From: Bugula neritina
Taxonomy: Eukaryota; Animalia; Bryozoa
Reading direction: 5' to 3'
Assembly: GCA_964035545.1 (NCBI GenBank)
Contig: OZ037766.1
Coordinates: 29,080,640-29,144,639 of the forward strand
DNA: 64,000 bases
Position numbers and translations under genes: made by a program. Numbering within the stretch: position 1 is the first letter of the stretch; every line of letters starts with the position of its first letter. The notes below the pieces were generated by a model. It saw only the letters and a program-made list of their open reading frames with translations, did not search any database and was not told the DNA's origin. Below are positions 1 through 13,061 of the stretch, one piece after another.

Positions 1-1202
1 ATCTTCATGTCATTTCCTGCGAGTGTCTGACAGTCTTTAAGGTTTGTCAAAAATATTTATAATAGATATTCTATAGTGAAGCTGATACAAAGATCGGATT
101 GGTCGATCTAGCTGCATACATTTTGACATGAAAGGAAATGGCAGAAATAATAATATAATATTCTATTTATTTCTTTTGCATAAGTTAGCCAATCAGGATG
201 ATGTATCTTAAAATAACAATTCAACAGAGAGCCATCATATCTTATGAGGAGTCATCTTTTCCTAACAGTGGCTTGCGGATTATACCAGTATGCTTTTATT
301 TAGCAGTCGCTGTTCGGAGCAATAGCTAATGAATGATCTTTGACCTTTTGCAAACCTCGTGTAGTTTGTAATCATCATCACGCAGGCTGGTAAATTTAGG
401 TCAGCATTGCCCGTTAACTTTTTACTAGCATTTTCTTCAGTTGCACCAGTGTAAAGGTGTCAAAAACTAAAATATTTTCTTTTAGAATATATCATATTCA
501 TTATATTATAATTCATATTGATTATTAGTCCAATAATTTGTTTGATGGTGATAAAAATTATCATTATGATTATTATTATATTTATAATTATTAATTATAT
601 TTTTATTTTACTTTAAATTTGTAATGATAAATCAGTATCAGTATGAGTATTAGTACCATACTCATACTGATACTGACTATCAGACTTAGTATCAGCTGCC
701 TCTGGTAGTACTAGTGCTAGTAGTAGTACTGCAAGTACAAGTACCGGTGGTAGTACTACTACTACTACTAGTAGTAGTAGACTAGTAGTAGTAGTAGTCG
801 ACTAGTTTACTAGTTCAAGTTGTTAATGTTATAGTCGTAGTTAGTTAATAAGTTATGCTTATAGTAAAACAAGTTATAGTAAATAAATAATTATTATAAT
901 ATGAAATTTGTTTAAAGTAGTAATATTAATATTTACATTTTATAGTTATATTAAATTTCATTATAATTATCAATATAAATAATAATCATAATGATAATGT
1001 CAATATAATTATTCTTATCAATTATAAGCATTATTATTGTGATGCTTATGGCTATGATTACGGCTACTATTATAATATTAATATATCATGAATGAAATAG
1101 GATCAATTCATTGTGATTATCAATATCATATTCAATTTTATTAAGATTATGATTATAGTTGTTGTATCATAATCCTATTGATATTTATGATTGTGTAGTT
1201 AG

Positions 1203-1614
1203 CCTGTAAGCCATGAGTGATGAGGGAAACCGGCAGCATCACTGTGAGTGTCTCTGTAGTTGTTACAATGATTGCATGTTGGTATTGATATTATTAGTAT
1301 TACTATTATAATTATAAATGATTGATAATCACAGGCCTAACGTTTAATTTTATAGACATTTTATATGCATAGCTTGTCTTTATCTTTCAAATTTTTCTCT
1401 TTGAGTTTAAGAATAGGTACATTGAACTTGGCTCTTGTGATTTAAATTGGTAATAATATTAACTTTATAATGTTGACAATTGGCATCATTATGATTAGGT
1501 TACGACTATTGGTTGTCAGTAATCGTAGTTGTGGATATCATCAGCTATTCAATATAAATATAAATATGACTGTTACCTTTATCTAGATGGTAGATGAGTA
1601 TTTGAAATCTTACC
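1203..1614 (+). other. Probable upstream leader exons of the Eph-like gene (1203-1243 and 1587-1614)
   Basis: Both are bounded by tag acceptors and gtgagt/gtaagt donors. The ATG at 1587 would be in frame with the main ORF if spliced to the acceptor before 3696. Confidence 0.4.
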
Positions 1615-3703
1615 GTAAGTATAGCCATAGCTTTCAAGTTGTGCAACAGTTTTACCTGTTATTATTAAATCAAGCTTTTGTAATAATTTTCTCTTTCAAT
1701 ATCTAAAAGTTTTCCAAAAGTTCTACACAGGGGTCGTATTCAATATGAAAATGGGTAATCATTATGGTGATGTTTATTCAATTCTCTTTGTTTAGATAAA
1801 GTTTTGTCTTGAAGTTGAGAAATTAAATTCAATAAAAATAAATTGAAGGTAGTCATTTTAAAATTTTTGAGCCCATTTATTTAATAAAAAATTAGTTTGT
1901 TTTAGAAAGTCTGGTATCATTAGTAAGCTTTAAGCTGATGTTATGCTTCAGTCGAACGTTTCTGATAATAGTTGCAAATTCTATTAGTTGGTGAACATGA
2001 AATCAAATGTTGGTATTGCTATATTCCTCAACTGTTACTAATCACAGCCCAAAATATCCTTAATGTTATCGAATACTGCTAATATACGCAAGAAGCTGCA
2101 TCATCTTAAAGGGCTGCCATCCGAGACTTTCATGTTACATATATGGCACTTCTTTGTGAAGTCAATAAGCTGATACAAATTAGCATCAATGCAGCAGTTA
2201 TCAAAACAAAAACAGGTAGCGTAGGCCACCACTCTAAGGTCTGTTGCATTAGATAGTTGATTCTTTGCTTCATAAAATATTAAGTATTTTTGTTTTGTTT
2301 CTTTGTTATTGATACAAAATAAGAAAAAGTTGCATTTAGTAGTTATTGGTCATGGCCCATTTGGGCAACATTAAAGCTTTTCAGAGGCGCTGAGCCCACC
2401 ATGGCAATTGATTAAATTTCTACAAACTAAACTAGGAAGTGATTATTACCACAATTCTAGTAGCTGCTGCTTTGATAGGCAAAAGTTAGCAGATTTCAAC
2501 TTTGAAGGAATTTGACTTTCATTTATACACAAGTAAACACTATGCATAGTTCGTGTTACTAAATGAACTGCACTAACTATTTTTTACTATTTTGAAGTTT
2601 GGTAACTCTTTCAACACTAGGCCTTAATTCAAAGCATAGATATGGGGCGTGGTTTTCTTGATTTATATATTTGAAAAATAGACAAATTTTATGCTCTACT
2701 TTTGATTAATAGTTTCTGTAGTACTCTTATAGTATGCGTTCCAAGAGCTGAACCCTCCGCAACTAATAGCATGTTATTTGTTATAGTTTGCACTGTGTTT
2801 CAGCTCACAGCATTAGAACTAGTGCTATAAATGAACTATATAAGTGCTCAGTTTTTGCACAGCTTACAATTTAGTGGAAATGTAGTAATTGAAGGAAATT
2901 AGTTAAATCTAACTGATAATTTACTAGGTGCTGATAACCTGATGAGACCAGGACCATTCTGCTAACAGGGTGTCCTGTTATACCAAGTTTAGGTGGTCTT
3001 GTCACACAATATCACCACCATTGCATCTACTTTAAAAATTAAAGTAGGCTACAACTTTTGTGACTCGAAAGTTTACATTTAAAGTTTTATAAATTATTGG
3101 CTGTGTAATATGCCTGACTGGCTGTAAAACAGGAAACTTATAGAAAAGTACTTTATCCAATGACATTAATCACAATTTGAGTTTGATCACTGTGACATCA
3201 ATTTTCACTTGATGCAGCTTCAACTTTTTTTGTAAAAAGATATTAAATTTTAGTTGATTAGCACCATATTGCTAGTAGTAATTTCTACTCTTTATAAAGT
3301 AATATGTTGTAGAATTCTGCTGAGAAGTTTTATAATAAGTTGTGTTAGGATAAGCATGACTGTTTAGTGAGTTCCCGTAATATTAATAGTTTGATAAATA
3401 GTCAATACCTGTAGTTAAGGAAATGTTCACAATATTTATTTTTGACGTACTAAACTGACATTTTACTTTATGCAATTGGCTGCCATTTATATCTTATCTC
3501 TTGGTGAAACTTTAGGTTTGGTTGAGTTTATAATTCCTTAAAGCTGAAGCATTTGTGTCGTATCATTGCTTGCGTAGGACACTGAGCAAACAATGAAACT
3601 CTTATCTGTAATTTTAGAAGTGGTTGTCATAAATCAATTTGCCATGAGATATTGCACAAGTCACGCAGTCCCTAAGTAAGCAATTTAAACCACAGAATCG
3701 AAG

Positions 3704-6700
3704 ATGCTTTGCCGATACTTGTGGATATTTTCGTTACAGCTCGGAGTATCTTTCTCTGTCAGAGGTTAGTGAGTATTTCAGTGTTAGTCTTGCTTCTTGA
3801 TGTACATTTCTACTTATCCTATAGAATAAAACTAATATGCGTGTATTCTTGAGTAGAAGAGACGGAATAGATTGATGTCTAGCATGATTTCTGTCTGCTT
3901 CTGTTCACTATATTTGTTAGTTCTGTCAGCATTAAAACCTTTTCCTAGCATTCTATTCTGATGCTGGCAAGACATGGTCTGGTATAGTGAAATTACTTAT
4001 AATATAGACCAGCATTTGGGAGCAGCCGTAGTCTAGGGGTTAAAGGGCAAGGGTCAGTGGTCGGATCCCCATTAAAGGTCATTGGTGATGCTAGGAAGGG
4101 CATCCTGTGCCACATATTATGATTGAGTCCTCAGTTTGCTTTAAGAACATTTTCCATCAGGGGTTCTCACAGGGATGGTGACTATACTCCAGCATCTCCC
4201 AAATAGGAATCTTTCAACTGTAGCTCTATTTTGTATTAAAAAGACTTTACAACTAGTTTTAATGCACACGGGTGTTGTCAAGTGATGGTGTGTGTGTCAC
4301 AGTAGATAACATAATATCTGGTAGCATAAAACTATTGCACACTATGACACAATTTCAGTGGTTTTTTTTTTGCATAGTAACAGGGCTCAAGCTATGAAAT
4401 GTTAGTGAATTATCCTGCCCCACCCTCCACTCTTGATACAATCTGTAGACCCTTTACTGACTCATTTCATATTCCGATGGCTGCTGTCAACTAAGCAGTG
4501 TGGAATTGTGGGCTGACTAATGAAACAGCAGATTTATGCAGTCACACCCAAGTTTATGTAAACATGAGCTGTCTAATCATCAACGAGCCTTGAGTGTTTG
4601 TTTCCACTACAAGTGCTATATTGTTGATAAAACTGTGTGCTTTTCATTTGTGATTCTAATTATCCCATTGAAGTTATAAAAAAAGTTAATTTTTATACCT
4701 TGTTCATATTCAAATTGATTTTTGTTCCAAAGTTGCTTCATCAACTTTCTCCTGCTTACAGTAGTGCTGTCTAGAGTCAGCAAAGTGTCAAGTTAGTTTG
4801 TTATATTCAAGGTTTGAGTATCTAAACATAGTTTATAGTATTCAGTTTTATTATCAAGTTTATGCCCACATAGTTATCAGCTACCTCTCTCTGGTAGTCA
4901 GGTGAATACAAGGGACGATATTCTTATCTGGTGTTACCAGGCAGTAGCATTGTATGCAGTGCATTGTGGTTTATTATTGTAGTATACATATAATATTGTA
5001 ATATATTAATTGCATAGTGATATATGTGTTGCATAGTAATATATGTATTGCATTGCAATAATAGATGCATTGCATGGTAATATTTGCTTTGTATTATATT
5101 ATATATATAGTATTATAATTTGTGGTATATTATTATATAGTATTATATTATATGTGTTATGTTATAATGTCTATATTGTATTATAGTATATATATATGTA
5201 GTATATATTATATAATGATATTATATCACATGTATAGTATTATAGTATATGTATCGTATTATATTATAGCCTATGTGTTATAGTATATCATATGTATAGT
5301 ATTATACCATATGTATAGTATTATAATATATGTGTTCTAGTATTTTGTATGCACTTTTTGTTATCTTATTTATCATCATAGGAGTTACCTCACCACTGTA
5401 CTAATACTGAATAAAGTTTAGCCAATCAAAACTCACACCACCTCCAAACTTACTTGCATAGAGTTTCGACATCTATTTTAGAAATTCTGCAAGACTTCAG
5501 GACTACATCTTCTACCGGAGGCAGTTTTCTGCCAACTGATGTTGTGATTCTAGACAAGGATGGGGACGGTGTCAAGGTCAGTGTAATATAGAACTTAGTT
5601 TATTATGTGTAACAGCTTAGGCGGCTTGAAACCTACTAATTTGTAAGCAGGTTTCACAGCACATAATATAATGCTGTTAGTTATTAGAGGTTGCTGGTCA
5701 CAACTACGTTGCCATGGAAACGTTATGGCATAATTTTGTTGTAAGAAATACAAAATATTGTGACTTTTTGAGGCTGTCACGTGTAAATATGCCATAACTC
5801 TAAGTGGCTAGAGGCAGTAGATCTAAGTCTGTGTGAGTTTGTCATATAAAGTCTTGGTTGGAATTCTTCAGACTAGCTTTTTGGCTGCATTATTTTTAAC
5901 TACACCAACTTAATTATAGATTCGAAGATGTATATTAACAGCACAAGTGTCAAAGGTTATGTTCATATGTGTTAGATGCTCTCCAGACAAAAACTTTACT
6001 TAGCAATTCTGTGTGGGAACTAATAACTAACTGAAGCTCTTTATTAAATCCTGCCGACAGTTTCAATAGTTATTATGTCTACTACTTCACAAGGTTTGTA
6101 AGATCTGGTTCTAATATAAACATCAGTTTTTTGTTATTTAGCCTGTGGTGGAAGAATTGAGCAACAACATCTTGCTGAGAATAAACACCATGCCAGGCTT
6201 TACTGACCCTAATGCCCCGAATCTAAAAGAAGACAACTACATCTTCCTCCCTTATATAGCCAACCCGACAGGAAACAGCATGGTACGACTGGAGTTCACC
6301 TTCTCTCATGTCGCGTCTTGTCCAACGTACAGCCATCCTTCACCTGTTCAATGTAAAGATTCCATCACAATGGCACTAGTGAGCACAACTCCAACAGAGG
6401 ATGTTGCGTAAGTTTATATATTATAATATATATAGTAGGTTGATATACTGTATGTAGGCTTATGTACTATTTGTAGGTTTATATATTATGTATAGTAGGT
6501 TTATGTATTATGCAGTAAGTTTATATATTATACAGTAGGTTTATATACTATACAGTAGGTTTATATACTATACAGTAAGTTTATATACTATACGTAGGTT
6601 TATATACTATACAGTAGGTTTATATACTATACAGTAGGTTTATATACTATACAGTAGGTTTATATACTATACGTAGGTTTATATACTATACAGTAGGTTT

Positions 6701-9304
6701 ATATACTATACAGTAGGTTTATATACTATACGTAGGTTTTATATACTATACAGTAGGTTTATATACTACACGTAGGTTTTATATACTATACAGTAGGTTT
6801 ATATACTATACAGTAGGTTTATATACTATACAGTAGGTTTATATACTATACAGTAGGTTTATATATTGTATTTATAGACATATACTACTCTATATCCCAT
6901 CTACTTCTTGTAAACTTTGTGGCTATTTTTCCATGTTTCGGTCCCTTCTAAAATAATTTATTAGCATCATGGCTAATGCAGGCCTCTCGGTGCTCTTTGT
7001 AAACATTTGCCTAAAGCATTTTGACTCATAAGAATTTGGATATATTTGTTTCACATTGTATGAATTCACTCTATGAACTCAAACTAGCCAACTTTACCAC
7101 TAGGTGTGCGCATGTGCGCATGTGTGTGTGTATAAATGCTATTACTCATGCCTGCTGCCGTTGATACAGAAACATAGATGTGCCAGGGTCAGCACTATTC
7201 ACCGAGGTTCTTGCTGACGGGACTGACAAGGTTGAGAATTTACACATCAACTTTCCAAGTAGTACCACCGGTATGTGTGCCTCTACTTCTATTACTACTT
7301 TACTCTCTGCACATGACTATGTTTCTACTGTATTGATCTAAAAGTTCATAAGACTTCAAGTAAAATTTATAAGGCAAATATTTCTATTAGAAGCATGATT
7401 AATATCACTGAAAATTTATTTATTCAAAAAATGATAAATAACTTTGACAAATTTTTGATTTTAATGAAATAAATTATTGATGCTGCCATTATTTAAATTA
7501 ATTATCAAAACTGTCACTGTTAGTGGGCTACTTTACTTTGCATGTTGCCAAAGTTGTGTTATAGACAACAGTCCTATCAAGTTGAAGAGGTAAAGCTAGA
7601 TTCTAAGTTATTTCCTGTATCTACACTACGTATCTTGTATCTACACTACCTATCTTGTATCTACACTACCTATCTTGTATCTACACTACCTATCTTGTAT
7701 CTACACTACCTATCTTGTATCTACACTACCTCAATTTTCTGCTGATTAGGTTATAGGTTGGCGATACATGACGAAGGTTCCAGCTACCTTATCAAGCTTC
7801 TAACTATTTCCAGTTATCACTGTGAATACATCCCCGGACCCTACACCTTGCCTATCACTTGTCCCAACTCTCCAGCTAGTAACAATGTCTCTCCCACTGT
7901 ACAATGTAAGCATTCTGTCAGTCTGCATACAACTGAGTTTATCATATTGATTAACCTATCTGGTGGCTAAAGTGTAATGAGTGGAAAAGTTGGTGATTTT
8001 AGCTCTTAGTTTGAGGCTCAGCGAATGCATACTACAGCCTTACTAAAATCTTTAGTTTGGTTCTTCAACTTTTGCATTGCAAAACGGACTGGTTATTTAG
8101 TTTGAATTTTTATTTAATCGAGTCTCTTTTTAAACTGATTAATAACTTATAACCAACTTCTCAAACGAGTAAACTCTTAGACATTTTGCAACCAACTGAG
8201 AGTTATTTCGCCTTGTTACAGCCACGTGTTATATGACTAGCATGATTATTGGCTATTATTGCATGTTTATGCTGTGAAGCTTATTTCATGGTATAAGATG
8301 TACTAAACTAACTTTTCACTTAAGGATTAGCATGCGGTATGCACCTCACTACAACATCTGGTATCTAGTATTATTAACTGTTCTGTCACCATGATATCTG
8401 ATTGCTGACTCTACTTTGTACAGGCAGCTGCGCTAGCAACAGCTCTCCTACTGATGGAAAATCCTTCATAGCTGAGGAATGTGTGTACAACACAGCAGCT
8501 GAGACTGCTGACTTTACTCGGGCAGCGTCTAGTGCTGGTGTCAGCTGTTCATGTGATCCTGGTTTCACCCTCGCTGGTACTGGCGCTGCTCCCAGGTCCT
8601 GTGCAGGTAGGAGTTGTGAGTTTGTCTCGGGGGGGATAACTCTGTGCTGTTCACTTTGGGTTTGTGTCTGTGTGAGAAAGACATCCGATATCTCAACTAC
8701 GCAGGCGTTCTATGACTTTTAATCTTAATCTTTGATTTTACCTGAGGTGTGAGGTAACTGGATTTCAAACCATTGAGCTTTAGCAGAAAGAAGTCAGATA
8801 TAAGCTCAATTCTGTTAGGTTTAGTTTTATCTTATCACTTATGACTTGTGACCATGCTACTGCTATCTGGCTATATCTTTATTCTTACTGGTTGTTTTAA
8901 ATGTTGTAAACATTAACAGCTTCAATATAACTTGTATTTAAGTTTCATCTCAAATATCTAAATGAGTAATATAAGCTTGTCTTTTAGAGGTCACCACTAT
9001 GTCACCACCCCCAAGACCTAGTAGTACTAGTAGTAAGGGTGGGTTGGGGTCGTCCCATCCTCCTAGTACTGGAACTACTACGCATGATATACTTGTAGTG
9101 ACTACTACAACGGCCCCTCCTCTAACATCTGGCAGCAGTAGCGGCAGCAGCAGTGGTGGCGGGGGTTCAACCCCTGTCCCAACCACCAAGAAAACGTCTG
9201 TTGCTAATACGCCAACCACCACGACAGAATGCAGTCATGCAAGTCATGTGGTGTACAGCTGGACATTGCTGATGGTGGCTATGGCTGTGGTGCTACAGTG
9301 GTAA
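3704..9304 (+). CDS. Kinase-less, probably GPI-anchored Eph-receptor-ectodomain-like protein (~424 aa)
   Basis: Phase-consistent GT-AG exons: 3704-3764, 5422-5576, 5920-5955, 6142-6407, 7170-7270, 7750-7905, 8424-8606, 8988-9304. Signal-peptide-like start MLCRYLWIFSLQLGVSFS. Eph LBD-like motifs in order: EDNYIFLPYI, VRLEFTFSHVASC, QCKDSITMAL, GYRLAIHDEGSSYLIKLLTISSYHC. Cys-rich CSCASNS...CSCDPGF...C, then an S/T/G stalk, then CSHASHVVYSWTLLMVAMAVVLQW-stop. Confidence 0.75.
4020..4186 (+). mobile_element. tRNA-derived SINE copy (degenerate)
   Basis: Shares the head gagcagccgtagtctaggggtta, the core ggtcattggtgatgctaggaagggcatcc and the tail ttctcacagggatggtgactata with the copies at 37460 and 38744. 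Confidence 0.75.
4975..5345. repeat. Degenerate AT-rich tandem/low-complexity repeat
   Basis: Runs of tattgcatag and tatagtattata variants in the intron upstream of exon 5422. Confidence 0.7.
6408..6870 (+). repeat. 20-bp minisatellite (cagtaggtttatatactata)n, about 20 copies
   Basis: Direct inspection. The array begins at the splice donor gtaagtttatatattata. Confidence 0.95.
7616..7731 (+). repeat. 20-bp minisatellite (tatctacactacctatcttg)n, 5-6 copies
   Basis: Direct inspection. The array ends about 20 nt before the acceptor at 7748-7749. Confidence 0.95.
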
Positions 9305-10842
9305 CTTCCGTAAGGTGGGTGAAGTTTTTACTCTGTCTTATGTTGGTAATTCTATGGTGAACTAAATTATTTGCCTGCAAGAAAAATAGATTATGTGGAG
9401 ATGAGAAGTGAAACACTCCTCATTCAACATGTTTTCAATTTTAAGTCTTCAGTGACATCTTCAGATTCTATAGAAATATTTTCTGATAGTGTTGGTACAT
9501 TTCAAGTCATTTCGAAACGATTGCATCATTACAGCAAGGTGATTATATTAATTAGCACTATTCGTTTGAAAAGCAATAAAATCTTTAAATTTGGAACCCA
9601 TTAAGTTGAAACATCAGCTTTTGCTAGTGAATGAATATTCTGTGTATTTGTAGATTTCCACGCCGTATTCTTGTCTACTCAGGAGTTTTCCTCTCTACAA
9701 TTCTTATATCCACTATCTACTGCTAGTCACACTATTACTACAAAATTTTGATGAATTATATGGCAAATAATGCGTTGAACTTATTATATGCATTAGCTAA
9801 GTTTATTCGTTATTCAATTGTTTAGTTTTTTATTTTAATAGTCAGTTTTTTTTATAAAAGCTCGCTGGAATCAACTAAGTCACAAATCAAAAGGATTACA
9901 GCATTAAGCTTGGAAAAATATTGCTCAATTTTTTCTCTGAATGAAAATGTAAATTATTTTGTCCTTGAACTTTTATATTGCATGAATATTTATACATTTA
10001 CTGAGTTGCAAAGAGTAATCTATATTTTTATAATAAAGCTGTTTTATTCTGTCAGGCCAAGTTATTATACAGTTGGTTAGTGGAAGCCAAAGCTATAGTT
10101 TCATTAATTCACGAACTCCATTTTGTTTTGTTTTTGTAACTTAGGAACTAGTATACAAAACCACTACAGCATTAGTATACAAGATTGGAAATGAAAATAA
10201 CTAACTTTAGATGTCATATAAACTGACTATCATATAATGGGATTGTTACCAGCAAAAAGCATTTGCATATATATATTGTTATAGAATTATTATGACATGT
10301 ATTATTATGATTTGTTTTTGCCAATTATAATATCTGTAATGAGACGGTAAGTTGATGAAATTGCTGAAGGGGAAAATTACGAGTTTTTAGTAGCAAGCTC
10401 CAAATTTATTTTATATTTTTAAAATCATCTGAACATGCATCTAAGAGAAGAAAAAGCTGTGAATTAATTACATGGCTCAGTAGGTAGGTATAAAAGCAGC
10501 ATTTTTTGTTAAGTATTATAAATAATTTTAAACAGCATGCGTACTAAATTGTTGAATCAAATACCAAAAATGATTTATCTCCCAGGTTTGAGATGGCTGG
10601 GCGACACAAGGCATCTATAAGGTAAGGCAAATCCAAATATATCAAAGGAAAAATTGAAAGGTATCTGCTATGGGAATGAACAAATGATACAGTTTAGTAA
10701 ATGATTAGAATGCTGAAAAACATTTAACCAATTATATTGCAATAGCATAATTGACAATAAGTTACGTAACAAAGTATAATGTACTATTATATTATTAAGT
10801 TGTTATAATACAATATATTCAGTTGGATATTTACACTGACTA

Positions 10843-13061
10843 CTACCAATCATCATCGCTGTCAGTGTCATCACCTCTGCCTCGTATGTTCTTTTTCTGA
10901 GAATCAAACAAAACATTTTTAGACTTAGAGGCATTCTCTGAACCCGGGGGCGTGAGCAGATCCCCGCTATAGTTGATAATATCAGCACGAGCTATTCTCC
11001 ATTCCATCATTTCGGTTGAGAAGTCGTCTACTCCACCCAAATCATCAAATCCCACAATGAAATCAACCTAAAGGAAGACATCAGCCAAAAATATCAAAAC
11101 AATGAGTTTATAATCAACATCCGATTAAAGCAGACCTATGCAAATGTAAACCAATCAAGTTCAGCAAAAACACTCAAGAAGCTAAAACCTATTTTGAATG
11201 CCAAGTCCTTCAACTGTCGTACTAGTTCATTGCTATGGTTTACCTGAACATCTGCTACTGTAGGTAAGTTACTTTCATATTTAGATGTGCATGCATGTGT
11301 AAGTAATGAATGTATATATGTACATGTTATAGTAGCGGGTCAGTGATTATCCTACAGGGTTAGATATTTCTGTAGGTTCAGTAACAACTAATACACCGTG
11401 TAAATAAATCCTTCATAGGGAAAGTAATATGATTATAAATCCTGCGATTTAATATTAGTATGGTATACCTCACACAAAATCAAGTGAAGTATTATAGTAC
11501 CAGAGACTACCTACAGTTTTATTGTCTCGGAGTAGGACTAGGGTGGGTAGCACCCTAACTTTCAATCTATCTGTCAGGAACTTTGACTTCTCCGCATCTA
11601 TCTTCATAAACTTGCATTCCAAGTGCTGAGGGGCTAAGATTTCTAAATGTTTATCTACGATTTTGCATCTAAAACAGTAAAAAAGACTTGATTAAAGAGT
11701 CCGAGCAAGTTAGGTTGGGTAGATGTAGCTTTCGTTATCAAGGCTATAGGTCTGTCACTAAACTTCAATTCTCCATTCTTGTGAAACCTGTTACTTGAAC
11801 AAAAAGTAGGGACGTGATTAGAGAGTCCCATAGTTTATCTCTAGATTCTAGAGGGTAGATTTTTTCAACTACATTGAATTCGCATAAAACTGAGTAACTT
11901 CATTAGGCAAAGGTCAAACAGCTTAATATCACTAGATTATGGAAATGTTGATTTTCTCACCTTTGCACAGTGTAACACTGGTAACCAAAAACTCTATACA
12001 AGATGCTCACCCCTGACCCGTTGTAGCCTCATAGTCCTATAAACTGACACTCACCGCATTGTGGCTTCTCTGTAGAAATGACAGACTACATTTTTGCTCT
12101 TTTTACACTCGTCAAAGAATTCCTTTTCACCAGGAACCTCAAAGTACCTGAAATAAATTGGAAATATTACATAAGAGAGGTGATGCAAGCAGTTATAGCA
12201 TCAAAATTAGAAAATCAAAACTTTTTTGTGCTAATTTTAATTTAAATCATATTTTTGAAGACAAAAAAAATTTTGAGTCAAAAAATCTTAGTCTATAAGG
12301 GAAAGACAGAGCAACACTAATATTGTACGTACTATTGAATGTCAGAAACTAAAGGGAGTAGAAATGGTGGCCCTAAGGATACACTTACTTGCCGTGGCCG
12401 TTAGCTCTCCAGGTATTCTTTTGGTCTTCAGCTTTCTTCATAGCTGCAATTCTCTTCTCTCTTAGCAACTACGAACATTAGCCAGTGTGAAGTTTTATAA
12501 ATTAGACTCTGCTCTGTTATCACAATGAAGTAGGTTTATTTTCTTTTGAAAACTTTTTTATATAAAAAAAAAATTTTAAATAAAATAATTTAAAATATAG
12601 ATAATACAGCACAAAATGACACCCACCTAAACTTTATAAAATGATGCACTCAGTTAAGACAGGGATGGTTAATTCATAGTCATATAACACAGTTTGTTAC
12701 AACAACATAACAAGTTCAATTGACCGGCAGTTCTAATGAAGTAAATACATTGTTTTTTATACAAAAATTGTTTATTCATTATTGTCTTGCCGAAACATAA
12801 AAGTTTTGGTTATCAAAAATATAGTTACATTAAACCACAGACTTGGTAACATCAAATAGGTTAGCAAACCCACCACTTGGTGAAAAAAATATCTATACAT
12901 GAATACAAATGTAAGGTTGCTCGCATTCATGAAATGAATAAAATATTAAATACCTCTAATTCATCCTTGTCCATTTTATCTAGTCTATCTATCTCACTGT
13001 CAAGTTGCTGCTCAACCATAGAGGCAGCAGCCATTAGTTGTTGTTCAAGAACTTGCTCCAT
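10843..13061 (-). CDS. TXNDC9: Thioredoxin domain-containing protein 9 (phosducin-like family), 219 aa
   Basis: Exons 13061-12954, 12468-12389, 12147-12055, 11668-11515, 11067-10843. Translation includes MEQVLEQQLMAAASMVEQQLDSEIDRLD...LREKRIAAMKK...[30 protein letters not shown]...CKIVDKHLEILAPQHLECKFMKIDAEK...VLPTL...DFIVGFDDLGGVDDFSTEMMEWRIA...DSDDDW. Confidence 0.95.

Noticed and set aside
1-200. Start of a minus-strand gene at the window edge (ATG near position 8, CCAAT at 189)
   Set aside because: Too little sequence to support a call.
5382-5421. Upstream acceptor (catag) for Eph-like exon 2
   Set aside because: It gives stops in all three frames. The acceptor at 5420-5421 preserves the frame.
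6408-6870. CRISPR-like regular repeat array
   Set aside because: Units are head-to-tail with no unique spacers, the context is a eukaryotic intron, and there are no cas genes. It is a minisatellite.
8950-9222. Antisense and alternate-frame ORFs overlapping real exons (also 8386, 12877, 18143, 21176, 54296, 55216, 55358, 57324, 57335, 57448)
   Set aside because: They are shadows of GC-richer coding or repeat sequence with no independent splice or motif support.
9371-9604. Possible cytoplasmic or kinase exon of the Eph-like gene
   Set aside because: No kinase, SAM or FN3 motifs. It lies in the presumptive 3' UTR around AATAAA signals (9575, 10032).
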